A stretch of DNA of 64,000 bases from an uncultured Gemmatimonadales bacterium (GCA_963748815.1 CAVVKJ010000014.1:1-64000), one strand, 5' to 3'. Counted from the first letter of the stretch, positions 41,426-51,625 are shown. Notes: generated from the letters alone by a model not told the origin. Translations and numbers: made by a program.

Positions 41426-42165
41426 CGGACCCCGCCATGGCGATCGCGTGGAATTTCACCGGCAAGGTCGTGCTGGTCACCGGCGTGGCCCGGGTGGGCC
41501 AGATCGGACACGCGGTTGCGCTCGCCTTCGGGCGCGCCGGCGCGAAGCTGGTGCTCTGCGACCGGAATGCGGTGGCGGCGGCGGCGCGGGCCCGGGAATT
41601 CGAGGCGGAGGGCATCGAGGCCCGGCCGACCGCCGGCGACCTGACGGAACCGGACATCGCCCGGCTGGCCGTCGAGACCGCGGTCAAGCATTTCGGGCGG
41701 CTCGATGTCGTGGTGAATGTGGCGGGCGGCCTGACCACCTTCGGGCCGGTCGAGGGAACGACGGCGGCGGATTTCGACCGGGAAATCGCCATCAACCTCA
41801 AGACGACGTTCCTGGTGTCGCAGGCGGCCATCGCCGCGCTGGCCGAGACGCGCGGCGTCATCGTGAATTTCACGTCCATCGCCGTCGTCCAGCCCGCGGA
41901 CCAGATGGCGGTCTATGCCGCGGCCAAGGCGGGCGTCGCGGCGTTTACCCGGAGCCTGGCGGTCGAGGTCCGTGACCGTGGCGTGCGGGTCAACGCCGTG
42001 GCGCCGAGCATGGTCCGCACCAGCGACAACGTGGCCGCCGTCGGCGGCGACGACGTCAGCTGGGTGGAGATGAGGCAAATCACCGATGGAGTCCTCTTCC
42101 TCGCGAGCGACGCCCCCGAGGCCCTTACCGGGCACGTCCTCCCCATCACCAACGGCGCGCCCTGA
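41422..42165 (+). CDS. SDR-family oxidoreductase
   Basis: VLVTG...QIG, NVAGG, YAAAK, RVNAVAP. Confidence 0.88.
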   Translation: MTDPAMAIAWNFTGKVVLVTGVARVGQIGHAVALAFGRAGAKLVLCDRNAVAAAARAREFEAEGIEARPTAGDLTEPDIARLAVETAVKHFGRLDVVVNVAGGLTTFGPVEGTTAADFDREIAINLKTTFLVSQAAIAALAETRGVIVNFTSIAVVQPADQMAVYAAAKAGVAAFTRSLAVEVRDRGVRVNAVAPSMVRTSDNVAAVGGDDVSWVEMRQITDGVLFLASDAPEALTGHVLPITNGAP

Positions 42166-42968
42166 CCCGCTCGCGGTCCACGAATTTGTCGTCGTGGGCG
42201 GCGGCTGTTACGGCACGTTCTACGCGCGCCAGCTGGCGCGCGCGAAGGCGCGCGGCGTCCTCACCTACGCGCGTGTGCTGGTCGTCGACAAGGACCCCGC
42301 CTGCCAGGTGACGCGGGAGCTGCCGCCAGTCGGCTGATCGGGAGTTGGTGGTGCAGGAGTGGGATGGGTTCTTTGATGGGTATCTGCGCCCCTCGGGAGT
42401 CGCGGCTGATCCCGGCTCGGCCTGTCGAAAGCGACGCGATCCTTGTCCGACCGTTCTCACCCCGCCCGTCCCCTGTGGGCCGCCTTCGTACATCGTCCCC
42501 TCCCCCCTCATGCCCCACCTGATGTTCGACTGGCTGAAGCGCCTCGCCGCGCGTCGACCTGGCCCGGGCGTCGCAGTCGCGCAGCAGCCGCTCACCGACC
42601 CCGTCGGCACCCCGTACGACACCCTCGCGCCCGACGGCACCCGCTACGTCTCCTGGGCCGACTGGCTCTGCCCGACGCATTGCATCGAACCGGCCACCTG
42701 CCCGGTCATCCGCGCGCCACGGATGTGGGAGATGTCGGAGACAGCGACGGCCGTCGTGGAGCGGCTCTCCAAGTCCGGGGAGGTGTTCGGCCCCGCGTTG
42801 TTCGTCACCCGGCACCTGACCGACGGCGTGGGCGCGTTCGCGGTGAGCGACGCCGTGGCCGCGGCAGGGCTGCTCGCTCAGGCGGGCGCAAGCGGGCGCC
42901 CGGCCTCGCTGCTCGTCGGCACCGTCTCGGCGTGTCACGGGGCGCTGGGGTTGCTCGGCCTTGGATAG
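42166..42968 (+). CDS. Hypothetical Rossmann-like protein with Cys/His cluster (frameshift near 42330)
   Basis: VVVGGGCYG...VVDKD, CPTHCIEPATC, TVSACHG; start not resolved. Confidence 0.6.
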
Positions 42969-43071
42969 ACAGCGGGCATCGACTGCGCCTCGCGCGATGT
43001 GGCGGGCCGCCTCGCCGAGCGATATACTTCAGCATCCCTGAACGATCCCCCTCCTCCAGCGGCGGGACCCA

Positions 43072-43521
43072 ATGGACATCCAGTGGTGGCACTGGCTCGT
43101 AGTTGGTCTCTTCCTCGTCGTGGTGGAGCTGGCCGCGGCCGGCGGCTTCTACGTCATCTTCTTCGGCATCGCGGCGATCCTCGTCGGGCTGCTGGCCAGC
43201 GTCAACGCCGCGGGCTCGATCGGCGCGCAGCTCATCCTGTTTTCCGTGCTCTCCGTGGCCTCCCTCCTCCTCTTCCGGGACCGGCTGGTGAAGCGCTTCC
43301 AGGGTGACCCGCAGGCGCCCCAGATCGACCAGCTCGTGGGCGAAACGGCCATCGTCACCGAGGCGCTTCAACCAGGTGCCGTCGGCAAGGTCGAGTTGCG
43401 GGGTACGACCTGGTCCGCCCGCACGAGCACGGGAGCGCTGCTGCCTCGCGGCACCCGCTGTCGGGTGACGAGCGTGGATGGTCTTACCCTTTCCGTCGAG
43501 CCCGAAGGAGCAGGCCAATGA
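43072..43521 (+). CDS. NfeD-family (YbbJ-like) membrane protein
   Basis: WWHW..E, three TMs, OB-fold GKVELRGTTWSAR. Confidence 0.88.
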   Translation: MDIQWWHWLVVGLFLVVVELAAAGGFYVIFFGIAAILVGLLASVNAAGSIGAQLILFSVLSVASLLLFRDRLVKRFQGDPQAPQIDQLVGETAIVTEALQPGAVGKVELRGTTWSARTSTGALLPRGTRCRVTSVDGLTLSVEPEGAGQ

Positions 43522-44432
43522 ACCCGATCGTCATCGTCGCGTTGTTCCTCGGCATCGTCATCGTGATCGCCATCGCCAAGACGGCGGTGGTGGTGCCGCA
43601 ACAGAGCGCGTTTGTGGTGGAGCGCCTGGGCCGGTTCTCGGGCGTGCTGCAGGCGGGCTTCCACGTCCTCATCCCGTTCGTCGACGTGATCCGGTATCGC
43701 CATTCCCTGAAGGAGGGGGCGTGGGACATCCCGGAGCAGGTCTGCATCACCCGCGACAACGTGCAGGTGGGCGTGGACGGCGTCCTCTACCTCAAGGTGC
43801 TCAACGCCGAGCGGGCGTCGTACGGCATCGTGGACTTCGTGTTCGCCATCACCCAGCTGGCGCAGACCACGCTCCGCAGCGAGATCGGCAAGATCGACCT
43901 CGACAAGACGTTCGAGGAGCGGATGAACATCAACAGCGCGGTCGTCGCGGAGCTGGACAAGGCGTCGGAGCCGTGGGGCGTCAAGGTGCTGCGCTACGAG
44001 ATCAAGAACATCACGCCGCCGCACGACATCCTCGCCGCGATGGAGAAGCAGATGCGCGCGGAGCGGGAGAAGCGCGCGGTCATTCTCACCTCCGAAGGCC
44101 AGCGCGACGCGGCCATCAACGTCGCCGAAGGCAACAAGCAGCAGGTCATCAAGGCGTCCGAGGCCAACCGGCAGCAGCAGATGAACGAGGCCGAGGGCGA
44201 GGCGTCGGCCATCCTGGCGGTGGCCAGCGCGACGGCCGAAGGGATTCGCATGGTGGCCGAGGCGATCCACCAGCCGGGCGGCGTCGAGGCCACGCAGCTG
44301 CGCGTGGCCGAGAACTACTTGGTGCAGTTTGGCGCCCTGGCGCAGAAGACCAATACGATGATCCTGCCGGCCAACGTGGCCGACGTGGCGTCGATGGTGG
44401 CCACGGCGATGAAGGTGTTCAAGCAGGCGTGA
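43518..44432 (+). CDS. SPFH/stomatin-like protein (QmcA/paraslipin)
   Basis: VVERLGRF, CITRDNV, QTTLRSEIG, QMRAEREKRA. Confidence 0.92.
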   Translation: MNPIVIVALFLGIVIVIAIAKTAVVVPQQSAFVVERLGRFSGVLQAGFHVLIPFVDVIRYRHSLKEGAWDIPEQVCITRDNVQVGVDGVLYLKVLNAERASYGIVDFVFAITQLAQTTLRSEIGKIDLDKTFEERMNINSAVVAELDKASEPWGVKVLRYEIKNITPPHDILAAMEKQMRAEREKRAVILTSEGQRDAAINVAEGNKQQVIKASEANRQQQMNEAEGEASAILAVASATAEGIRMVAEAIHQPGGVEATQLRVAENYLVQFGALAQKTNTMILPANVADVASMVATAMKVFKQA

Positions 44433-44433
44433 G

Positions 44434-45763
44434 GTGACGTTCGGTACGGGAACGGCAGGAGACACCAGCGCAGGAGGACACCTGAATCGGACCGTTGCCG
44501 TCGCCGTCGCCGTGACCTTCCTCGGCGTGGGCGCCTCCGCCTGCGACCGCCCCTCCGGCAACGCCGATTACCAGGTCACCGACAGCGCCGGCGTCAGACT
44601 GGTGATGAACGGTGGCCAGGGGGCGTGGGCGCCGGGAGGGAGCTGGCAGTTCGAGGAGGATCTTCGGATCGAGTCTCCGGAGGACGAGGCGGGTCGCCAG
44701 TTCGGGGTCATCGCGGGCGTCGCGGTAAACAGCCGCGGCGACATATTCGTGCTCGACCGCTCGGTCCCCAACATCCAGCACTTCGATTCGAACGGTTCCT
44801 ACCTCGGGACCATCGGCGGACCGGGAGAGGGCCCGGGGCAGTTCGGGCGGATGGTCGCGGAGATGCTGGTCGGCGCCGGCGATACCCTTGACCGTGCCTG
44901 ATCTCGGCAACCTGCGCATCGAGATCTTTGCGCCCGATGGCCGGTTCGTGCGGAGCTTATCCCACCCCAGGCTACCCCGACACGCCCTTCCTCTGGCGGA
45001 CGCTCCCGCAGGGCCGGCTGGCGGGTCAGGTCAACGCGATGGTAATGCCCGGCCAGACCGCGGATGGTCGCACCAACGTCGTCGTTCGCCTGGCGCCCGA
45101 TGGGACGGTGCAAGACACGATCCTCTCGTTCCCGCTCGACCCGATCTTCGATATCAGCCAGGGCCCCGGCAGCATGAAGGCACGGTTCTTCAATTCCACC
45201 GCGACCTGGACCACGGCCGGCAACGGACTCGTCGCGGCCGGCATGACCGGTGAGTACCGCCTCTCCGTCTACGCACTCTGATGGCACCCTGCGGATGATC
45301 TTCGCGAAGCACCACGAGCCGAAACCGGTCACAGAGGCGGATCGGGAGCGGGTGACGACCGCGTTCAGGCAGGCCTTCGAAGCGCAGATCGCCAAGATCG
45401 ACAACGAGCAGGTACGCGGGGCTATGGCGCAGATGGCCGGCAACATCGAGTTCGGCGCGACCTACCCCGCGTTCGGCGCCGTATTGGCGGGGCCGGAGGG
45501 GAGCTGGCTGGTCCGTCAGCCGGCTACCGCGCAGGACGTCGTCGGCGCGATCGGAAAACTCCCGACAATTGAAGCGCCGCCGGCCCCGCCGGTGTGGGAT
45601 GTCTTCGACGCCGACGGACCGATTCCTCGGCACCGTCGCATTTCCCGTCGGCTTCCGCCTGACCGCGGTGGCTGGCGGGAAGTTCTATGGCATTGAGATG
45701 GACTCGCTCGACCTTCCCTCCGTCGTGCGGCTCGCAAAGACCGGTGGCGAAGTCGGACCCTGA
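44434..45763 (+). CDS. 6-bladed beta-propeller (NHL-like) lipoprotein, about 4 frameshifts
   Basis: Lipobox-like ASAC, DSAGVRLV, IGGPGEGPGQF, WDVFDADG; spans ORFs 44434, 44888, 44928, 45250 and 45569. Confidence 0.65.
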
Positions 45764-45784
45764 CGCCGGCCGGGAGGACACTGC

Positions 45785-46291
45785 ATGCATTCCAGGTGGA
45801 TGCTGATACTGCTCGTCCCCCTCGCGGCGGCCCCGCTCCATGGCCAGGTCCCGCTTCGCCCCGTGCCACTCGGGGCGACACCCAGCCGCACCACCGGCGA
45901 GCTGCCCGTCCCCCATCGCATCGTGCCGGAAGAAAGCGTCTGCCTGGAAGAGCCGCCCCACTCGTTGATGACGATCACCGACACCATCTATCGCGATTCG
46001 TCCTACATCGAGGCGTCCGTGGACGTGCCTCCGGACCTGGTCAAGATTGGCAAGCGCCGATACCCCACCGATCTGCAGCACGCCGGCGTGGGCGGGCGGG
46101 TCGTCTTCTCTTTCATCATCGATACCCTTGGGCACGCCGAGCCCTGTTCGTTCCACGTCCACTCGGTCGCGGACCCGAGACTCGAGGTCGCCGCCCTTCG
46201 GATGGTGCTGGAGAGCCTCTTCCGGCCGGGCGAGGTGCGGGGACAGAAGGTCCGTGTGGCCGTCAACCAGGCGGTGACGTTCAATCCCTGA
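45785..46291 (+). CDS. TonB C-terminal domain protein with signal peptide
   Basis: C-terminal ~90 aa aligns by eye with TonB 19347..20039; GGAGG RBS. Confidence 0.75.
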   Translation: MHSRWMLILLVPLAAAPLHGQVPLRPVPLGATPSRTTGELPVPHRIVPEESVCLEEPPHSLMTITDTIYRDSSYIEASVDVPPDLVKIGKRRYPTDLQHAGVGGRVVFSFIIDTLGHAEPCSFHVHSVADPRLEVAALRMVLESLFRPGEVRGQKVRVAVNQAVTFNP

Positions 46292-46360
46292 TTAATTTGG
46301 TCACCGCGCTTCGCACGCCACACCCGCGACCACACCTTTTCCACCCTCCGAGCACTATCG

Positions 46361-47259
46361 ATGAATCCTCCCGGCTCAGTCCGCAACGTCGCCGACACCG
46401 CCCACTGGGTGGCGCTCTACCGTGCCATTGAATCCGAGCGCCGGACGCGCATTTCCACGATGCGCACGCGCGACGCCTGGCGGGCACGCGAGGCGAGGAG
46501 ATCCATGCGACGCTGCCCAAGCCAATGCGCAACGCCGCCTGGTCGGTGGTGGCCCGGACCGTCGTCATGGACCGCATGATCCAGGCGGAGATCAGCGCTG
46601 GTGTCACACTCGTCGTCAACCTTGCCGCCGGGCTGGATACGCGGCCCTATCGCCTCCCACTGCCTCCGATCCTCACCTGGGTCGAGGTGGACCAGCCTGC
46701 CTTGCTCGCCGAAAAGTCGGCGCTGCTCGAATCGGCCACCCCCAATTGCATCCTGGAGCGGGTCTCGCTCGATCTCTCACAGGAGGCTCCCGCGCGGCAG
46801 CTGCTGCAGCAACTCGGCGAGCGGGCCGAGAAGGTGCTGGTCATCACCGAGGGGCTGCTGATGTATCTCCGCCCCGAGGACGTCGCGACGCTGGCACGCA
46901 CGATGGCCGGTGTCCCCACCATCGAGAGCTGGGTCACGGACGTCATTTCGCCCGGGTTGCTGCGGATGATCGAGAAAGACTGGGGGCACACGCTCCGGGC
47001 GGGGAGCGCGACCATGCATTTCGCGCCCGTCGAAGGGGTGGCCTGGTTTGAATCCCGTGGCTGGCGGGTGGCGGAGTGCCATTCGACCTTTGCCGCCGCG
47101 AAGGCGCTGCGGCGGCTCCCGCGATTCCTGCACCTTCTCTCCTTCCTGCCGGGCAGCGACGGCTTCCACCCCGATCGGCCCTGGTCGGGGATCTGCCTCT
47201 TGACGCGCGCCGGCGATGAGACGCCCCCCACAGTACCGCCGCCGGGTGACGCCCGGTAG
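46361..47259 (+). CDS. SAM-dependent methyltransferase (LCM/YktD family), frameshift near 46440
   Basis: DTAHWVALYRAIES, VVNLAAGLDTRPYRL, WVEVD, ITEGLLMYL. Confidence 0.85.
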
Positions 47260-47364
47260 GGAACCCCCAATTGTTCTATATTTGAAGGACGGGCAGCGTC
47301 CCCGCTTCCCCGCTTCCCCGCACAACAGCGGTCGGCTGCGGATAACCCTACACTTGGCTTCCAC

Positions 47365-48312
47365 ATGTCCCGCTCCACCCACGATGTAATCATCATTGGC
47401 GCCGGCCCCGCCGGCCTCTGCGCCGGCATGTACGCCGGGCGCGGCATGCTCGACGCCGTCGTCCTCGAGCGCGGCATTCCCGGCGGCGAGCTCCTCAACA
47501 CCGACCTGATCGAGGACTACCCCGGCTTCGCCACCGTGAAGGGCCACGAACTGGCCCGTCTCATGGCGGAGCACGCCGAGAAGTTCGGCGCCAAGATCAT
47601 CCAGGAAAACGTCGACACCGTCGCCCGCCGCGAGGATGGAATCTTCGAGGTGGCCTGCAGCAGCGGCAACACCTTCGAGGCGCCCGCCGTCATCCTCACC
47701 GCCGGAGGCACGCCGACCAAGCTCGGCGTGCCGGGTGAGCTCGAGTACGCGGGGCAGGGGGTCTCCTACTGCGCGGTCTGCGACGGCGCCTTCTTCAAGG
47801 GCCAGACCATCGCCGTCGTCGGCGGCGGCGACGCCGCGGTCGAGGAGGCTGCGTACCTGACCCGGTACGCCGAGAAGGTGTACGTCATCCACCGGCGCGA
47901 GGAGTTCCGCGCGTCGAAGCTCCTCCAGGAGCGGCTCTTCGCCAATCCCAAGGTCGAGGTCATCTGGAACAAGGTGGTGACGGAGCTGACCGGCGACCAC
48001 ACCGGGCTGCAGGCCGTCGCCCTCAAGGACACCGTGACCGGCGCCACGTCGTCGCTGCCGGTGACCGGCTGCTTCATCTTCGTCGGCTTCAAGCCCAATA
48101 CCGGGCTCGTCACGCAGCACTTCGCGCACGATCCGGCGGGGTACATGATCACCGACGACCGGATGATGACCTCCATCCCCGGCCTCTTCGCGGCCGGCGA
48201 CGTGCGGGTCCAGCTCACCCGCCAGGTGACCACCGCCGTCGGCGACGCGACGACGGCGCTGATAGCCGTCGAGAAGTTCCTGACCGAACGGAAGGCCGCC
48301 GCCGTTGCCTGA
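47365..48312 (+). CDS. trxB: Thioredoxin reductase
   Basis: GAGPAG, SYCAVCDG, GGGDAAVEEA, HRREEFRA, FAAGD. Confidence 0.95.
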   Translation: MSRSTHDVIIIGAGPAGLCAGMYAGRGMLDAVVLERGIPGGELLNTDLIEDYPGFATVKGHELARLMAEHAEKFGAKIIQENVDTVARREDGIFEVACSSGNTFEAPAVILTAGGTPTKLGVPGELEYAGQGVSYCAVCDGAFFKGQTIAVVGGGDAAVEEAAYLTRYAEKVYVIHRREEFRASKLLQERLFANPKVEVIWNKVVTELTGDHTGLQAVALKDTVTGATSSLPVTGCFIFVGFKPNTGLVTQHFAHDPAGYMITDDRMMTSIPGLFAAGDVRVQLTRQVTTAVGDATTALIAVEKFLTERKAAAVA

Positions 48313-48956
48313 GCCGATCGTCGTCTCCATCCCCAACGGGCAGTTCATGCAGAACTGCTACCTGGTCGGCAATCCCGACACGGGCAGGGCGGCGATGATC
48401 GATCCGGGGGAGGAGAGCGGGCGCATCATGGCGGAGGTGGAGCGGCGGGGCTGGACGCTCGACGCCATCTGGCTGACCCACGGGCACATCGACCACATCA
48501 TGGGCGTCGACGACGTCATCAGGCGCTGGCCGGTGCCGATCTGGCTGCACCCCCTCGATCGTCCCCTCTACGACAACCTGGCGCCGCAGGCGCAGATGTT
48601 CGGGTTGCGCTGCCTGCCCGCCCCGCCGCACCGACCGACGAGATCGTCCCCGGCCAGCCGCTGACCCTCGGCGATATCACCTTCGATGTGCGGTTTGCCC
48701 CCGGGCATTCACCGGGAAGCGTCGCCCTGGTCGGCTACGGTCGGGTGTTCGGCGGCGACGTGCTCTTCAATGGTTCCATCGGGCGGACCGATCTCCCCGG
48801 TGGCGACACGGCGACGCTCTTCGCCTCCATCGAGCGCGAGTTCCTGACCCTGCCCGACAGCACCATCGTCCACAGCGGCCACGGCCCCGACACCACCATC
48901 GGCGTCGAGCGCGAACGACGAATCCCTTTCTCACCGGGGTGTATCGCCTTGAGTAA
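48305..48956 (+). CDS. MBL-fold metallo-hydrolase (glyoxalase II-like), frameshifts near 48635 and 48915
   Basis: THGHIDH, PGHSPGS, GDVLF..SIGRTD, SGHGP, TNPFL. Confidence 0.85.
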
Positions 48957-48973
48957 CGCGGGAGCGGACGTCG

Positions 48974-49009
48974 CCCCTCTCCCGGAGGGAGAGGGGTTGG
49001 GGGTGAGGG
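48974..49009. repeat. REP-like palindrome, family C variant
   Basis: CCCCTCTCCC-GGA-GGGAGAGGGG-TTGGGGGTGAGGG. Confidence 0.75.
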
Positions 49010-49032
49010 GTTCGACGTCGGGGCACCGAAAC

Positions 49033-49080
49033 CTGGACCCCGGCGACCCTGCCCCGGCGAACGCCGGGGGCCGGGGTGAC
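49033..49080 (-). repeat. Family A hairpin with a nested second hairpin
   Basis: CTGGACCCCGGC-gaccctg-CCCCGGCGAACGCCGGGG-GCCGGGGTGAC. Confidence 0.75.
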
Positions 49081-49127
49081 GACGAGCGACCTTCCCCGCG
49101 GCCCCGCAGCCCCGCTGCGCCCGCCTC

Positions 49128-49232
49128 TTGTGCAACCGCTGCGGCTTCGAGGTGCGGACCCGCGCCATGGGGTGCAAGAACCCCTGCCCCAACTGCGGCA
49201 CGGTCTATCCCCTGGGTGACTGTTCGGATTAG
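49128..49232 (+). CDS. Small CPxCG-type zinc-ribbon protein (34 aa, not in the ORF track)
   Basis: (TTG)CNRCGFEVRTRAMGCKNPCPNCGTVYPLGDCSD-TAG; six Cys; the true start may be GTG 49076 via an indel. Confidence 0.7.
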   Translation: MCNRCGFEVRTRAMGCKNPCPNCGTVYPLGDCSD

Positions 49233-49270
49233 GGAGCCCTTCAGTAAGGACGGAATGTGGGGCACACGTC

Positions 49271-49310
49271 CCCCCTCTCCACATCGTGGAGAGGGGGTCA
49301 GGGGGTGAGG
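49271..49310. repeat. REP-like palindrome, family C
   Basis: 39/40 identical to 4..43. Confidence 0.85.
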
Positions 49311-49313
49311 TCA

Positions 49314-49628
49314 CTAGCGCGACATGCCGACCAGCATCACCGTGCGCTCCACCGCCTCCACCACCCCGTGCGGCACCCCGGCCGGCGCCCACACCAGCGT
49401 CCCCGCCCCCGCCTCCCGTTCCTCACCACCCACGCGCAGCCTCGCCTTTCCCTCCAGCACGAGGTAAAATTTGTCGGCCCCCTCGTGCGCGTGGACCGGC
49501 TGCGACTGCCCCGGCTCGAAGCAGTTGAGCCCGGCAAAGAGGTGCGCCCCCAGCGCCAGGTCCGCCTTGGCGAACTTGCCGGCGGCAAAGGTCGTATGGT
49601 CGGCAACATGCTTGAAATAGTCGCTCAT
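49314..49628 (-). CDS. Cupin_2 domain protein
   Basis: PGQSQPVHAH...YLVLEGK...PAGVPHGV. Confidence 0.85.
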   Translation of the reverse strand: MSDYFKHVADHTTFAAGKFAKADLALGAHLFAGLNCFEPGQSQPVHAHEGADKFYLVLEGKARLRVGGEEREAGAGTLVWAPAGVPHGVVEAVERTVMLVGMSR

Positions 49629-49681
49629 CGTGCCCCCGTGGGCTGCACCGTGAATCAACGTCCGCTCAACCGGTATCCGTC

Positions 49682-51100
49682 ATGAAGACACGCATCGAAA
49701 AGGACCCCCTCGGCGAGAAGGCCGTCCCCGCCGACGCGCTCTACGGCATCCAGACCCTGCGCGCCATTGAAAACTACCCGATCTCCGGACTCCGCCCCCT
49801 CCCCGCCTTCGTCGACGCCGTCATCCAGATCAAGCAGGCCGCGGCGCTCACCCACCGGGAGACCGGTCGGCTCGACAAGAAGCTGGCCGACGCCATCGTC
49901 GCCGCCACGCAGGAGGTGCTCGCCGGGCACCATCGCGACCAGTTCGTGGTGGACGTCTACCAGGCCGGCGCCGGGACGAGTCACCACATGAACTGCAACG
50001 AGGTGCTTGCCAACCGCGCCAACGAACTCCTCGGCGGCGAGCGGGGCGCCTACGCGCCGGTCCATCCCAACGACCACGTGAACATGGCGCAGAGCACCAA
50101 CGATGTCATTCCCACCGCCATGCGCCTCGCGACCCTGACCACCCTGCCCCCGCTCCTGGAGGCGATGGACCGTCTGGCCGCGGCCTACCTCGGCAAGGGG
50201 AAGGCGTTCGACGAGATCATCAAGTCGGGACGGACCCACCTGCAGGACGCGACCCCGATCCGCCTCGGCCAGGAGTTCACCGCGTACGGACACATCGTCG
50301 CCCGCCACCGGGCCAAGCTGGCCGAGGCGGCCCGCTGGCTTCGCGCCATGAACATCGGGGGCACCGCCGTCGGGACCGGCATCAACGCCGAGGCGGAGTA
50401 TCCCGCCCTGATGGTGAAGCATCTGCAGGAAATTACCGGCCATACCCTCGAGGTGGCCGAGGATCGCGTCCACCTGATGCAGTCGATGGGCGACATCGCC
50501 TCCTTCAGCGGGGCACTGCGCGCCTGGGTCCTCGACCTCAACAAGCTCGCCAACGACATCCGGCTCCTCGCCTCCGGCCCCCGCACCGGGCTCGCGGAAA
50601 TCGGGCTGCCCGAAGTGCAGCCCGGGTCGAGCATCATGCCGGGCAAGGTGAACCCGTCGATCGCCGAAATGGTCAACCAGGTCTGCTACCAGGCGCTGGG
50701 GCTGGACACCACGGTGGCCATGGCGGCGGAGGCGGGGCAGCTCGAGCTGAACGTGATGATGCCGGTCATGACCCACAACATCGTCTTCAGCCTCATGATT
50801 GTCGGCAACGCGACGCGGGTGTTCGCCGAGCGGTGCGTCGAGGGCATCACCGCCGACGAGAAGCAGTGCGCGCACTGGCTGGAGCGGAGCCCGGCGCTGG
50901 TCACCGCCCTGGCGCCGAAGATCGGTTACGCCGCGGCGGCGAAGCTCGCCAAGGAGGCCATCGCCACCGGGCTGACCGTGAAGCAGCTGGTCACCGAGCG
51001 CAAGATCCTCGAGGGGAAGGAACTCGAGGAGATTCTCGACCTGCGGGCAATGACCGAGCTGGGCGTGCCCGGGGGAAAGGGACTCCCGGGCGGGGGCTGA
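49682..51100 (+). CDS. aspA: Aspartate ammonia-lyase (fumarase/aspartase family)
   Basis: YGIQTLRA, QAGAGTS, QSTND, GRTHLQDA, GSSIMPGKVNP, GQLELNV. Confidence 0.85.
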   Translation: MKTRIEKDPLGEKAVPADALYGIQTLRAIENYPISGLRPLPAFVDAVIQIKQAAALTHRETGRLDKKLADAIVAATQEVLAGHHRDQFVVDVYQAGAGTSHHMNCNEVLANRANELLGGERGAYAPVHPNDHVNMAQSTNDVIPTAMRLATLTTLPPLLEAMDRLAAAYLGKGKAFDEIIKSGRTHLQDATPIRLGQEFTAYGHIVARHRAKLAEAARWLRAMNIGGTAVGTGINAEAEYPALMVKHLQEITGHTLEVAEDRVHLMQSMGDIASFSGALRAWVLDLNKLANDIRLLASGPRTGLAEIGLPEVQPGSSIMPGKVNPSIAEMVNQVCYQALGLDTTVAMAAEAGQLELNVMMPVMTHNIVFSLMIVGNATRVFAERCVEGITADEKQCAHWLERSPALVTALAPKIGYAAAAKLAKEAIATGLTVKQLVTERKILEGKELEEILDLRAMTELGVPGGKGLPGGG

Positions 51101-51119
51101 GCGACGATTGGGCGCGCGG

Positions 51120-51148
51120 TTGATATCCCACCTCCGCGCTCCCATATT
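51120..51148 (+). promoter_or_regulatory. sigma70-type promoter, probably leaderless
   Basis: TTGATA-N17-CATATT ending 6 nt before ATG 51155. Confidence 0.55.
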
Positions 51149-51154
51149 GGAACC

Positions 51155-51607
51155 ATGCGAGTCACCACCTGGACCGAGTACAGCCTGATCATCTCCCTCC
51201 ACCTCGCGCGGCGGGGTGGGACGGCGCCGGTGGCGGCGCGGGACATCTCCGAGTCGGAGCGCCTCCCCGGCGACTACGTCGAGCAGATCCTCCTCCGCCT
51301 CCGGCGGGCCGGGCTGGTGGAGAGCGTGCGCGGCGCCCGCGGGGGCTACCTGCTCGGCCGCCCCGCCGAGGAGATTTCGGTGCACGACGTGATGGCCGCC
51401 TGCGATCACCAGATCTTCGAAATCAACTGTGAAACGCACCAGGTGGATGATGAACGCTGCGGCCCCGGTGCCCAGTGCAGCATCCGCCCGGTCTGGCACG
51501 CCCTGCGCAACCGGGTGGATGACCTCCTGAAGGGGGTCAGCCTGGCCGACCTGCTGCAGGACGAGGCCCGGGTGCAGGAACTCGTCGGGATCGCCGCCGC
51601 GTCCTGA
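51155..51607 (+). CDS. Rrf2-family transcriptional regulator (Cys-containing)
   Basis: YVEQILLRLRRAGLVESVRGARGGY; C-terminal Cys cluster. Confidence 0.92.
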   Translation: MRVTTWTEYSLIISLHLARRGGTAPVAARDISESERLPGDYVEQILLRLRRAGLVESVRGARGGYLLGRPAEEISVHDVMAACDHQIFEINCETHQVDDERCGPGAQCSIRPVWHALRNRVDDLLKGVSLADLLQDEARVQELVGIAAAS

Positions 51608-51625
51608 ACGCCGGCGGTCCCCACC

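Noticed and set aside
48305..48956. Metallo-beta-lactamase resistance gene
   Set aside because: No signal peptide; motifs match housekeeping glyoxalase-II-like hydrolases.
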